NCBI GenBank assembly: GCA_041690835.1
Contig: JBEPVY010000001.1
Coordinates: 1 to 46,436 of the forward strand
Length of the DNA: 46,436 nt
Reading direction: 5' to 3'
DNA from: Vulcanimicrobiota bacterium
Lineage (GTDB): Bacteria; Vulcanimicrobiota; Vulcanimicrobiia; Vulcanimicrobiales; Vulcanimicrobiaceae
Shown: one piece after another, positions 9,939 through 19,011 of the stretch
How positions within the stretch are numbered: position 1 is the first letter of the stretch
Layout of the letters: the number at the start of each line of letters is the position of its first letter
Position numbers and translations under genes: made by a program
Notes under the pieces: model-generated
What the model saw: the letters and a program-made list of their open reading frames with translations, nothing else
Told to the model about the DNA's origin: nothing
Databases searched by the model: none

Positions 9939-11429
9939 TTAGCGGGTACGGATGGTAAACGACCACGATTTCGAGGTGACGTTGCCTGCCAGGTCCGCGG
10001 CCTTGACGGTCACGTGCACGACGCCGTCGGGATACGGAACGACCGGGACGTAGTGGACGAAGCGCGCGGTACGGACCGAGCTCGCGGTGATGTCGTGACC
10101 GTCGACGATGATCCGGACGGAGGATGGATTGACCGGGACCGCGTCCGAAACGAACGTCGCGTAGAGCGAGGGGCGCGAACTATTGACGACCGCGCCTTCG
10201 TCCGGCGCGAAGTCGCCGATGCCCGGAGGCGAACTCGAGGCGGAGATGCTCTCCGGCGCCTGCCGCATGTACTCGGAGCCGCCCGAGCGCAGGTGCCCGA
10301 TGATCGGCACGTCCGCGAAGTTCGCCCCGTTCGGAATGCGATACGAACCGACGTAGGTGCCCGGCTCGCGCTCGCTCATGCCGAGGCCGAGGACGTAGGG
10401 TCCGACATCGAATTGGGCTGCGCCCGCCGCCGTCCCGCGAAGCGTGACGGTAAGCAGATCGTTCGCGCGGAGCGGGTGGGTCGCGCTGGTCCCGACCGAT
10501 GCGATCGCCGACGGCGCGCCCGTATCCGCAAGCGCGCGGCCGGCCAGTACTTCGCGCACCTCGTTGGTGGCGACGTTATACCGCACCGCGACGCTGTCGC
10601 CCGCGTGCAAGTCGTCGATCGTCGCAGCGGTTCCGTTGATCGAGACGCGGGTGTTGCGCCCCGGAACGATGATATGACCATCGGCGAGGACCATCTGCCC
10701 GCTCGCAACGGCCGCGACCGTTCCGACTCGCGAGCCGAACTGATCGACCACCCGATCCGCCCGCGCGAGGCTCGCGCCGAAGAGATGGGCGTAGTCGCCC
10801 GGGCGCACGTCGGTCAGCTCGCCGGGAACGGTCACGTTCGCGTTCACGTCCTCGAGCAGAATGGTCGCGTTCGGCGCGATCGGGGTCGTGCGGATCGAGG
10901 CGTTATATGAGAGCGTCACCGTCGGCGGGTCCGAGTCGACGTCGACCGCCGTGACCGTACCGACCTGCTCGACGCGCTTGGCAGACCGAGATATGCCGTT
11001 CCCCGAGCGCCCGATCAACTGCGAGACGACCGTGACCAACGCCGCCTTGCGATCGAACGACGCTTGCGAGCCGAGGACGTCGGTGAAGAAGCGGAGCGGG
11101 GCGTAGAGCACGTTTTTGATCTCGACCGGTGCGGCATCCAGGGGCGTCGCATCGCCGTCGATATCGGCACTGCGGCTGCCGAGTTGCAAGGTCACCGTCT
11201 TGTACCCGACGTGGGTGACGATCCGCTTGCCGTCCTGCGCGAAGTCGAGACCGAGCGCTTCGATGATGCGCCGCACCGGGACGAGCAGATGCCCGGCGAC
11301 CATCCGCGGCGGCGGATCGATCGCAAGCCGCTCGCCGTTGATGACGATGCCGATCTTGGCCGTCTTGGATGCGCCCGGAGCGGCGCCCAGCAACAGCGCG
11401 CACGCCGCGACGAGTGCGAGCGTTCTCAT
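9939..11429 (-). CDS. Secreted protein with two copper-amine-oxidase N-terminal-like (stalk) domains and a C-terminal Ig-like region
   Basis: The ATG at 11429 forms an ATGA overlap with the upstream stop and gives the signal peptide MRTLALVAACALLLGAAPGASK. Two repeats have the CuAO-N pattern (INGERLAIDPPPRMVAGHLLVPVRRIIEALG; IDGDATPLDAAPVEIKNVLYAPLRFFTDVLG). The C-terminus (VHVTVKAADLAGNVTSKSWSFTI) resembles Big-type domains. Confidence 0.7.
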   Translation of the reverse strand: MRTLALVAACALLLGAAPGASKTAKIGIVINGERLAIDPPPRMVAGHLLVPVRRIIEALGLDFAQDGKRIVTHVGYKTVTLQLGSRSADIDGDATPLDAAPVEIKNVLYAPLRFFTDVLGSQASFDRKAALVTVVSQLIGRSGNGISRSAKRVEQVGTVTAVDVDSDPPTVTLSYNASIRTTPIAPNATILLEDVNANVTVPGELTDVRPGDYAHLFGASLARADRVVDQFGSRVGTVAAVASGQMVLADGHIIVPGRNTRVSINGTAATIDDLHAGDSVAVRYNVATNEVREVLAGRALADTGAPSAIASVGTSATHPLRANDLLTVTLRGTAAGAAQFDVGPYVLGLGMSEREPGTYVGSYRIPNGANFADVPIIGHLRSGGSEYMRQAPESISASSSPPGIGDFAPDEGAVVNSSRPSLYATFVSDAVPVNPSSVRIIVDGHDITASSVRTARFVHYVPVVPYPDGVVHVTVKAADLAGNVTSKSWSFTIRTR

Positions 11430-12436
11430 GCGAGGATCTCGCGGTAGACGTCGGCCGTCGCGCGCGCGCATCGATCCCAGGTATAGGTCTTCGCCATCTC
11501 CGCCCCTTGGTTGACGAGCCGCGCCCGGAAGCCCTCGTCGTCCAGCACCTTTAGCAGCATCGCGGTGAGCGCGCCCGGATCGCGCGCCGGAAAGATCGCG
11601 GCGGCATCCCGGAGCACCTCGGGGACCGCTTCGTCGCTTGCGATGACGGGGGCGCCGGCCGCCATCGCCTCGAGCATCGGTAGCCCGAAGCCTTCGCAGA
11701 GCGCCGGATGCACGAGCGCGCTCGCGCCGCGATAGTACGAGAGGAGCGCGCTCTCGGGCAGATCGCCGAGCGCACGGATCCGCCGTTCGGGCGTACTCCG
11801 CCGTTCCAGCTCGCCGTCGAAATCATCGTTGCCGGTGACGTAGAGATCGACCGCGGCCCGGTCCGGGAGCGACGACCATGCCTCGAACAGGGTCGCAATA
11901 TTCTTATGCGTTCGATGATTGCCGACGTAGAGCAGGTACGGGCGCTCGGCGCGTTGCGGCGCGGCCGGCGCGGAGAACATCTCGCTCACGCCGAGCGGCA
12001 CCACCCGGATCTTCTCCGGATCGACCTTGAGATACCGGCGCAGATCGTCGATGGTTCGCGGATCGTCCGTGATCACGCGAGCCGCGCGCGCGCATGCGAA
12101 TCGCACGACCGAGCGGTAGTACGGCCCGACCTTGCTCTTGAAGAATTGCGGAAAGCGCAGGTGGATCAGGTCGTGGATCGTCAGCACGAAGGGCCCGGGC
12201 GGAGCGAGCGGGACGTACTGCGAGAGGAAATGCGAGACCGCCGGCCGCGCCATCCGCATCGCTAACGGCATGCCGATCTGCTCGTGCCAGCCGAAGTTCC
12301 GTCCACGGTCGAAGAATCGGTAGGCGAACTCTGGGGCGACCCACGGCAGGCGCGCGCGCAGCTCGCGCGCATAGGCGATCATTCCGACGGACATCTGGCG
12401 GGTCTCGCGCGCGTCGATACAGATCAGCGGTTTCAT
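11426..12436 (-). CDS. Glycosyltransferase family 4 (GT-B, RfaB-like)
   Basis: Starts MKPLICIDARE. The C-terminal half carries the GT4 signature (YVGNHRTHKN...LLSYYRGASALVHPALCEGFGLPMLEAMAAGAPVIASD). ATGA overlaps are present at both ends (12433-12436 and 11426-11429). Confidence 0.85.
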   Translation of the reverse strand: MKPLICIDARETRQMSVGMIAYARELRARLPWVAPEFAYRFFDRGRNFGWHEQIGMPLAMRMARPAVSHFLSQYVPLAPPGPFVLTIHDLIHLRFPQFFKSKVGPYYRSVVRFACARAARVITDDPRTIDDLRRYLKVDPEKIRVVPLGVSEMFSAPAAPQRAERPYLLYVGNHRTHKNIATLFEAWSSLPDRAAVDLYVTGNDDFDGELERRSTPERRIRALGDLPESALLSYYRGASALVHPALCEGFGLPMLEAMAAGAPVIASDEAVPEVLRDAAAIFPARDPGALTAMLLKVLDDEGFRARLVNQGAEMAKTYTWDRCARATADVYREILA

Positions 12437-13149
12437 CGTGCCCGCCGGGCTTTCCACGAGACCACGCTCGGATAGAGGGCCGACATCCAGGCGACGTAGA
12501 TCCCGCGCGGGCCATCGAGCAGCCCACCGCGTACGACTAGGCTGTAGATGAGGCGCAGGGGCACGAGCAACGGGTTCGCGCGCGGAGGGTGACCGGCGGC
12601 CTCCAGATCGGTATAGCGCGCGAACTTCTCACGGTACGATTCGACCGTCTCGTACGAGTAGTGGAGCAGCCGTCCGCCCAACCGTTCGACCGGACCGTCG
12701 ACCACGTACCGTTCGTGGAGCTCCGCATCGCCGCCGGAGGCCGGGTTCGCCTCGACCCGTGCTTTCGCGACGCGCATCAGACGGAGCAACGATTCCCCTT
12801 GCCACATGCGCAGCGGCTTGCCGCAGAAATAGGTGTCGCGTGCGACCGCATAGCCGTCGGCGGTTCCCGCGCACGCAAGCACGGCGTCGCGAAGATCGTC
12901 GTCGAGCGCTTCGTCGGCATCCAGAGCGAAAGCCCAGGGTGTCGCGACCTGTGCGAGCGCGAATCGTCGCGCCTCTACGAAGCCGTCCCACGGGCGCTCG
13001 ATGACCCGCGCCCCGTAGAGCGCGGCCAGCTCTCGCGTACGATCGCACGATTGCGCGTCGATCACCAAGATCGAGACTCCGTGCGGCAGCGACCCGAGCG
13101 CCCGCGAAATGCGGCTCTCCTCGTCGCGCGTCAGCACGACGACGGTCAC
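12433..13149 (-). CDS. Glycosyltransferase family 2 (small WaaE/KdtX/LgtF-like type)
   Basis: Only the C-terminal 238 codons of track ORF 12433..14652 look protein-like: VTVVVLTRDEESRISRALGSL...ILVIDAQSCDRT...ALDADEALDDDL...LLHYSYETVESYREKFARYT. The GTG start at 13149 lies 11 nt after the pyrG stop. The upstream part of the track ORF is an out-of-frame shadow of pyrG. Confidence 0.8.
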   Translation of the reverse strand: MTVVVLTRDEESRISRALGSLPHGVSILVIDAQSCDRTRELAALYGARVIERPWDGFVEARRFALAQVATPWAFALDADEALDDDLRDAVLACAGTADGYAVARDTYFCGKPLRMWQGESLLRLMRVAKARVEANPASGGDAELHERYVVDGPVERLGGRLLHYSYETVESYREKFARYTDLEAAGHPPRANPLLVPLRLIYSLVVRGGLLDGPRGIYVAWMSALYPSVVSWKARRAR

Positions 13150-13160
13150 GTCGCCGGGGC

Positions 13161-14837
<1,677 letters not shown>

Positions 14838-14854
14838 TTATTCCGGCGCTGGGG

Positions 14855-15757
14855 TCAGGAAGCCTTCACCTTGACGTAGCGCGGGGAGCCCGCATAGTCG
14901 GAACGGACCTCGACCTTGCCCTGCGGGAAGGCGGCCCGGGCCAGGCCTTCGAGGCCGTCCATGGTGGGGGGCGCGGCCTCGAGGAGGAGCAGGCCACCCG
15001 GCCGCATCAAGCTCGCCGCGCCGAGCAGCAGGCGGCGGTAGTGGTTGAGCCCGTCGGGACCGCCGTCGAGCGCCTCGCGCGGCTCGAAAGCGACCGGGTT
15101 GGGCGCCTGCGGGACGTCGCCGGACGGGATATACGGCAGATTCGCGACCAGGACGTCGTAGCGGCGTTCGAGGACCGGGCCGGCCAGGTCGCCGAGATAG
15201 AACTTGCAGCGTGCGTGGACGTTTAAGCGGCGGGCGTTGTGCTCGGCCACCTTGATCGCGGCGGCCGACATGTCGGTGCCCGCGATGGCGGCATTCGGGA
15301 CTTCCGCGGCGATCGAGCAGCCGATCGCGCCCGAGCCGACCCCCACGTCGAGCACGGTCAGCAGTGCTTTTGGGAGATCCGGGTTGACGCGGGCGCGCAA
15401 GAATGCGACCGCCTCGTCCACCAGATGCTCGGTCTCGGGGCGCGGGATCAAGACCCGGTCGTTGACGGTGAACTCGCGGCCGTAGAACCAGGCCGAGCCG
15501 AGGATGTAGGCGATCGGCGTGCCGGCGGCGCGGCGCTCGACCAGCGCTTGATACTTCTCGACCTGCGGGCGATTCAAAAACGTCTCTGCATTGGAGACGA
15601 GCCATTCGCGGTCTCGGCCGAGCGCGTGCGCCAGCAATATCTGCGAGTCGGCACGCGCCGAGTCGCTCGACTTTGCGAGTGCGATCACGCCGCGCGCGAG
15701 GATCGTTGCCAAAGGTTGCGGTTTGAACGGCGCAGCGGACGTCATCGGCCCGCCCAT
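14855..15757 (-). CDS. prmC: Peptide chain release factor N5-glutamine methyltransferase
   Basis: SAM-binding motif VLDVGVGSGAIG and an NPPY-type motif (VANLPYIPSG). It lies downstream of prfA, and a GAGGA SD sits 8-12 nt upstream of the ATG. Confidence 0.88.
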   Translation of the reverse strand: MGGPMTSAAPFKPQPLATILARGVIALAKSSDSARADSQILLAHALGRDREWLVSNAETFLNRPQVEKYQALVERRAAGTPIAYILGSAWFYGREFTVNDRVLIPRPETEHLVDEAVAFLRARVNPDLPKALLTVLDVGVGSGAIGCSIAAEVPNAAIAGTDMSAAAIKVAEHNARRLNVHARCKFYLGDLAGPVLERRYDVLVANLPYIPSGDVPQAPNPVAFEPREALDGGPDGLNHYRRLLLGAASLMRPGGLLLLEAAPPTMDGLEGLARAAFPQGKVEVRSDYAGSPRYVKVKAS

Positions 15758-15958
15758 TCAACGGTCCTCGCGCTCAACCTTGCAGGAGTACACCGCGCGC
15801 TTCAAGGTCCCCGACGTCGCGGCCCGCGCGGTTGCGCAGGACCGGGTGCTCGAACGACGCCAAGCGCGCCAGTTCTTCGCGACGACCGACGAAGTCGTCG
15901 CAGGCGACCACGGCGCGAAGCATCGTTTCGGCCTTCGGCGCCACGCCCGGAGTTACTC

Positions 15959-17044
15959 TTAGGAGACTTCTTCTCCGGCCAGCAGGCGGGCGCGCTCGTC
16001 TTTGAGGAGTTCGTCGACCAGATCGCCGATGTCGCCGTCCATGATCCCGCGCAGGTTGCCGAAGCTCTGGTTGATGCGGTGGTCGGTGACGCGGTCTTGC
16101 GGGAAGTTATACGTCCGGATCTTCTCCGAACGATCGCCGCTGCCGACCTGACTGCGACGGAGCGAGCCCTTGGCCTCGGCCTGTTCGCGCTCCCGTTTTT
16201 CGTAGAGCATCGAGCGGAGCATGGTCATCGCGCGGGCGCGGTTCTGCATCTGCGATCGCTCTTGCTGCGACGCGACGATGATGCCGGAGGGCACGTGGGT
16301 GATGCGGATCGCGGATTCGGTCTTGTTGACGTACTGGCCGCCCGCGCCGCTGGCCTTATACGTGTCGATCTGGAGGTCGGTGTTCTTGATCTCGATCTCG
16401 ACGTTCTCTTCGACCTCGGGGAGCACGGCGACGGTCGCGGTGCTGGTGTGGATACGGCCCTGGGCCTCGGTCGCCGGGACGCGCTGGACGCGGTGCACGC
16501 CCGACTCGTGCTTGAACGAGCGGTACGGCGAGTTGCCCCGGATCCCGAAGACGATCTCCTTGTAGCCGCCGGCGTCGCTCTCGGACTGGGAGATCAGTTC
16601 GACCTTCATGCCCTGGCGTTCGGCATAGCGCATGTACATGCGCGCGAGGTCACCGGCGAAGATCGCGGCTTCGTCACCGCCCGCGCCCGCCCGGACTTCG
16701 ACGAAGAGATCTTTCTCGTCGTCCGGATCCTTCGGGATCATCAGGACTTGGAGTTCCGCTTCGAGCGCCTCGCCACGCGCGCGCAGGTCCTTGGCCTCGT
16801 CTTCGGCCATCTCGCGCATCTCGGGATCGGTCTCGCTCTCGATCAGCGTCGCGTTCTCGCGCGCTTCGTCCTGGACCTTACGGAACTCGCGATAGACGCG
16901 AACCGTATCTTCCATCGCGCTGCGCTCTTTGACGAGCGAGGTAAAGCGAGCCTGATCGAACCCACCGGCCGGATTGGCCAGCTCGCGTTCGATCTCATCA
17001 AACCGCCGAGCGATCGTCTCAAGCCGATCGGCAAAGGTCGTCAT
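15959..17044 (-). CDS. prfA: Peptide chain release factor 1
   Basis: The internal ATG at 17044 gives MTTFADRLETIARRFDEIERELA..., with the PxT tripeptide region RVPATE and the GGQ motif (YKASGAGGQYVNKTESAIRITHVPSG). The 97-aa N-terminal extension in the track reads through a repeat element and is rejected. Confidence 0.97.
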   Translation of the reverse strand: MTTFADRLETIARRFDEIERELANPAGGFDQARFTSLVKERSAMEDTVRVYREFRKVQDEARENATLIESETDPEMREMAEDEAKDLRARGEALEAELQVLMIPKDPDDEKDLFVEVRAGAGGDEAAIFAGDLARMYMRYAERQGMKVELISQSESDAGGYKEIVFGIRGNSPYRSFKHESGVHRVQRVPATEAQGRIHTSTATVAVLPEVEENVEIEIKNTDLQIDTYKASGAGGQYVNKTESAIRITHVPSGIIVASQQERSQMQNRARAMTMLRSMLYEKREREQAEAKGSLRRSQVGSGDRSEKIRTYNFPQDRVTDHRINQSFGNLRGIMDGDIGDLVDELLKDERARLLAGEEVS

Positions 17045-17119
17045 ATCTTTCTCACCCCAAGCGTAGCAATATTCTTTGCCCTCGAAACGCATGCTGCCGT
17101 CTTGTCGATGACCGCCCTT

Positions 17120-17158
17120 GTCATCCCGAGCGTAGCGCAAAGCGCGTAGTCGAGGGAC
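17120..17158. repeat. 39-nt REP/MITE-like repeat unit, solo copy
   Basis: GTCATCCCGAGCGTAGCGCAAAGCGCGTAGTCGAGGGAC matches the reverse complement of 21717-21755 at 38/39 positions. It matches 21657-21691 apart from two 2-nt indels. It is intergenic, between rpmE and prfA. Confidence 0.85.
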
Positions 17159-17183
17159 GAGGGTCGGCGACCAGACATAAGAA

Positions 17184-17212
17184 GAGACGAGCCGCCAATG
17201 GCGACCCGTCTC
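17184..17212 (-). terminator. Probable intrinsic terminator downstream of rpmE
   Basis: The minus-strand RNA reads GAGACGGGTCGCC-AUU-GGCGGCUCGUCUC, an 11/13-bp stem. It is followed by UUCUUAUGU and begins 20 nt after the rpmE stop. Confidence 0.55.
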
Positions 17213-17231
17213 TGGGATACGTTCGAGCCGG

Positions 17232-17510
17232 CTAAGCTTCCGCGGTCGCCTTCGAGGATTCTTTCGCGGCCTTGCGAGCGGCGGCTTCTTCTTGCTTCTG
17301 CTTCGCCAGAATGGCGCGCTGGTTGAACTTGTCAACCCGGCCGGCGGTATCGATCAGCTTTTGCTGACCGGTGAAGAGCGGATGGCAAGCCGAGCAGATC
17401 TCGACCGAGATCGTTTTCATCGTCGAGCCGGTCGTAAAGGCGCTACCGCAGGCACAATGGACGGCGGCTTCGGGGTACCAGGTGGGGTGGATCTTGTCTT
17501 TCACAGCCAT
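17232..17510 (-). CDS. rpmE: 50S ribosomal protein L31
   Basis: [30 protein letters not shown]...[29 protein letters not shown]. The GTG at 17504 would give the more canonical MKDKIHP N-terminus. Confidence 0.95.
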   Translation of the reverse strand: MAVKDKIHPTWYPEAAVHCACGSAFTTGSTMKTISVEICSACHPLFTGQQKLIDTAGRVDKFNQRAILAKQKQEEAAARKAAKESSKATAEA

Positions 17511-17513
17511 ACG

Positions 17514-17541
17514 ATTATACCAGGCCTGGCAAGGGGGGCAA
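17514..17541 (-). promoter_or_regulatory. Sigma-70-like promoter with extended -10, abutting the rpmE start codon
   Basis: The minus strand reads TTGCCC (17541-17536), a 16-nt spacer, then TGgTATAAT (17522-17514), then CGT and ATG. No SD lies between the -10 box and the start codon. Confidence 0.55.
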
Positions 17542-17842
17542 GATTGCTACCTAAGTGGCAGCCGAATCTGCCGGCGAGCGTCGATTTCTGGCGATCGAGC
17601 GGGCGCTCCGCGTAACTTCTGCCACGGCTTCTGCGTTCTTTACTACGTCGCAGTGGCGGCCAGAAAAACGTCTCGCCGTGCGAGCGCTCTTCATCCCCAG
17701 AACGAATCCCCGGCATCCCTTAAGGATGACACGGTCCAATTGGATCCGACCTCCCACACCCAAGACGAAAGTGAACACATTGCAGCCAGCCCCGCGCCCG
17801 GCAAACAAGGACCGCGAGCCCTCGAACTCCAAGGCAGGGCCC

Positions 17843-18463
17843 GTGAAGTACCGATCGTTATTCGTAGCCGGCGTGGTCGCGTCGGCCGCCCTTGCTTTGT
17901 CCGTGGTGACCACGTCGCTTGGCGGATCGCCCGCGGCCGCCGCCACGGCACCCCCGACTCCGCCGCCGCTCCCGGCCTCGACCTCGGCTCCGGCCCCGGT
18001 CGGAACGCCGGCCGCCAATCCGTACGCCGTTCCGACCTTGACGCCCGTCAGCTCGCCGAATCCCGGCAAGACGCCGGCGCCGCCGGCGGGCTTCCGCAAG
18101 GGGATCGAGGGCGTCTGGGAAGTGCAGATCCAACGCGGCGCAGCGACCGAGTACGATCACTTTCAACTCAAGCAGGATCAGAACGCGATCACGGGCTTCT
18201 ACCTGGACACGGATAAGAAGAAATTCCCGCTCGCCGGATCCCTCGACGGCAAGACGATCCGCATCGTGGTGACGTTCGCGGACGGAACGACCGCGACGTT
18301 CACGGCCCAACTCGACGGGACGACCGACATGCTCGGGCTGATGCTGACGCCCAAAGAATCGACGCCGTTCACCGCGGCGTATCGTCCGAAAGAGAGCTTC
18401 TTCGACAACATCAACCCGTCGCCGGGCGGCCTCGGCGGTACCGGCGGGCGCCCGCCGAAGTAG
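17843..18463 (+). CDS. Hypothetical secreted or membrane-anchored protein (Pro-rich linker plus small beta-rich domain)
   Basis: The GTG at 17843 is preceded by AAGGCAGGG and gives VKYRSLFVAGVVASAALALSVVTTSLG, a signal peptide or anchor. A PAPT-rich linker follows, then GIEGVWEVQIQRG...ITGFYLDTDKKKFPLAGSLDGKTIRIVVTFADGTTATFTAQLDG. An alternative in-frame ATG at 17726 would add a 39-aa cytoplasmic tail. The track start at 17555 is unlikely. Confidence 0.6.
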   Translation: MKYRSLFVAGVVASAALALSVVTTSLGGSPAAAATAPPTPPPLPASTSAPAPVGTPAANPYAVPTLTPVSSPNPGKTPAPPAGFRKGIEGVWEVQIQRGAATEYDHFQLKQDQNAITGFYLDTDKKKFPLAGSLDGKTIRIVVTFADGTTATFTAQLDGTTDMLGLMLTPKESTPFTAAYRPKESFFDNINPSPGGLGGTGGRPPK

Positions 18464-18487
18464 CGCCCTTCGAGCCCTTCGAGAAAA

Positions 18488-18516
18488 GAACGCGCCGCCT
18501 ATGTAGCGGCGCGTTC
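18488..18516 (-). terminator. Intrinsic terminator for leuCD, possibly bidirectional
   Basis: A perfect 11-bp stem GAACGCGCCGC/GCGGCGCGTTC with a 7-nt loop. On the minus strand it is followed by UUUUCUC. The leuD stop codon (18499-18501) lies in the loop. The converging plus-strand gene ends at 18463. Confidence 0.7.
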
Positions 18517-19011
18517 TGCTAGGCGGCGTTCGACGTACGGTTGCAGACCGCCGGCGTCGATGAGCGCCTGCATGAACGGCGGAAACGCCGCCGCCTGGAA
18601 CTGCGTGCCCTTGGTGATGTTCCGCACGACGCCGGTCGAGGGTTCGACCTCGATCTCGTCGCCCGCCGAAATACCGTCGACCGCCTCGGGGGATTCGAAG
18701 ATCGGCAAGCCGATGTTGAGCGCGTTGCGATAGAATATCCGTGCGAACGACTTCGCGATCACGGCCGACGTGCCCGAGCCCTTGATCGCGATCGGTGCGA
18801 CCTCGCGGCTCGAACCGCATCCGAAGTTCGAATCGGCCACGATGATGTCGCCGGGCTTCATGCGCGCGGTATATTCCGGATCGAGTCCTTCGAGCGCGTG
18901 TTTGCCGAGCTCGACCGGATCGACCAGGTTGCAGTACTTGCCGGGGATGATCACGTCCGTATCGACGTTCTTACCGTAGGTGTGCGCGTGTCCGCGGAGC
19001 GATGATGCCAT
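18499..19011 (-). CDS. leuD: 3-isopropylmalate (or homoaconitate) dehydratase small subunit, type 2
   Basis: 170 aa. HTYGKNVDTDVIIPGKY...GDIIVADSNFGCGSSREVAPIAIKGSGTSAVIAKSFARIFYRNALNIGLP. The 1-nt TAATG junction with leuC is at 19011. Confidence 0.9.
   Translation of the reverse strand: MASSLRGHAHTYGKNVDTDVIIPGKYCNLVDPVELGKHALEGLDPEYTARMKPGDIIVADSNFGCGSSREVAPIAIKGSGTSAVIAKSFARIFYRNALNIGLPIFESPEAVDGISAGDEIEVEPSTGVVRNITKGTQFQAAAFPPFMQALIDAGGLQPYVERRLAERAAT

Noticed and set aside
15239-17149. 636-aa plus-strand ORF
   Set aside because: It is antisense to prmC and prfA, both unambiguous on the minus strand. Its composition is dominated by R, D, G, A and L, and no motif is present.
17045-17335. 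97-aa N-terminal extension of prfA in the track ORF
   Set aside because: It reads through the 39-nt repeat and the rpmE terminator and overlaps rpmE. RF1 homology begins at MTTFADRL (17044).
17781-17842. c-di-GMP-I (GEMM) riboswitch, suggested by GGCAAAC ... GACCGCGAGCC
   Set aside because: The resemblance is limited to two short strings. The hairpin with a GNRA loop that should separate them is missing, and no P1 or P2 helices can be drawn.
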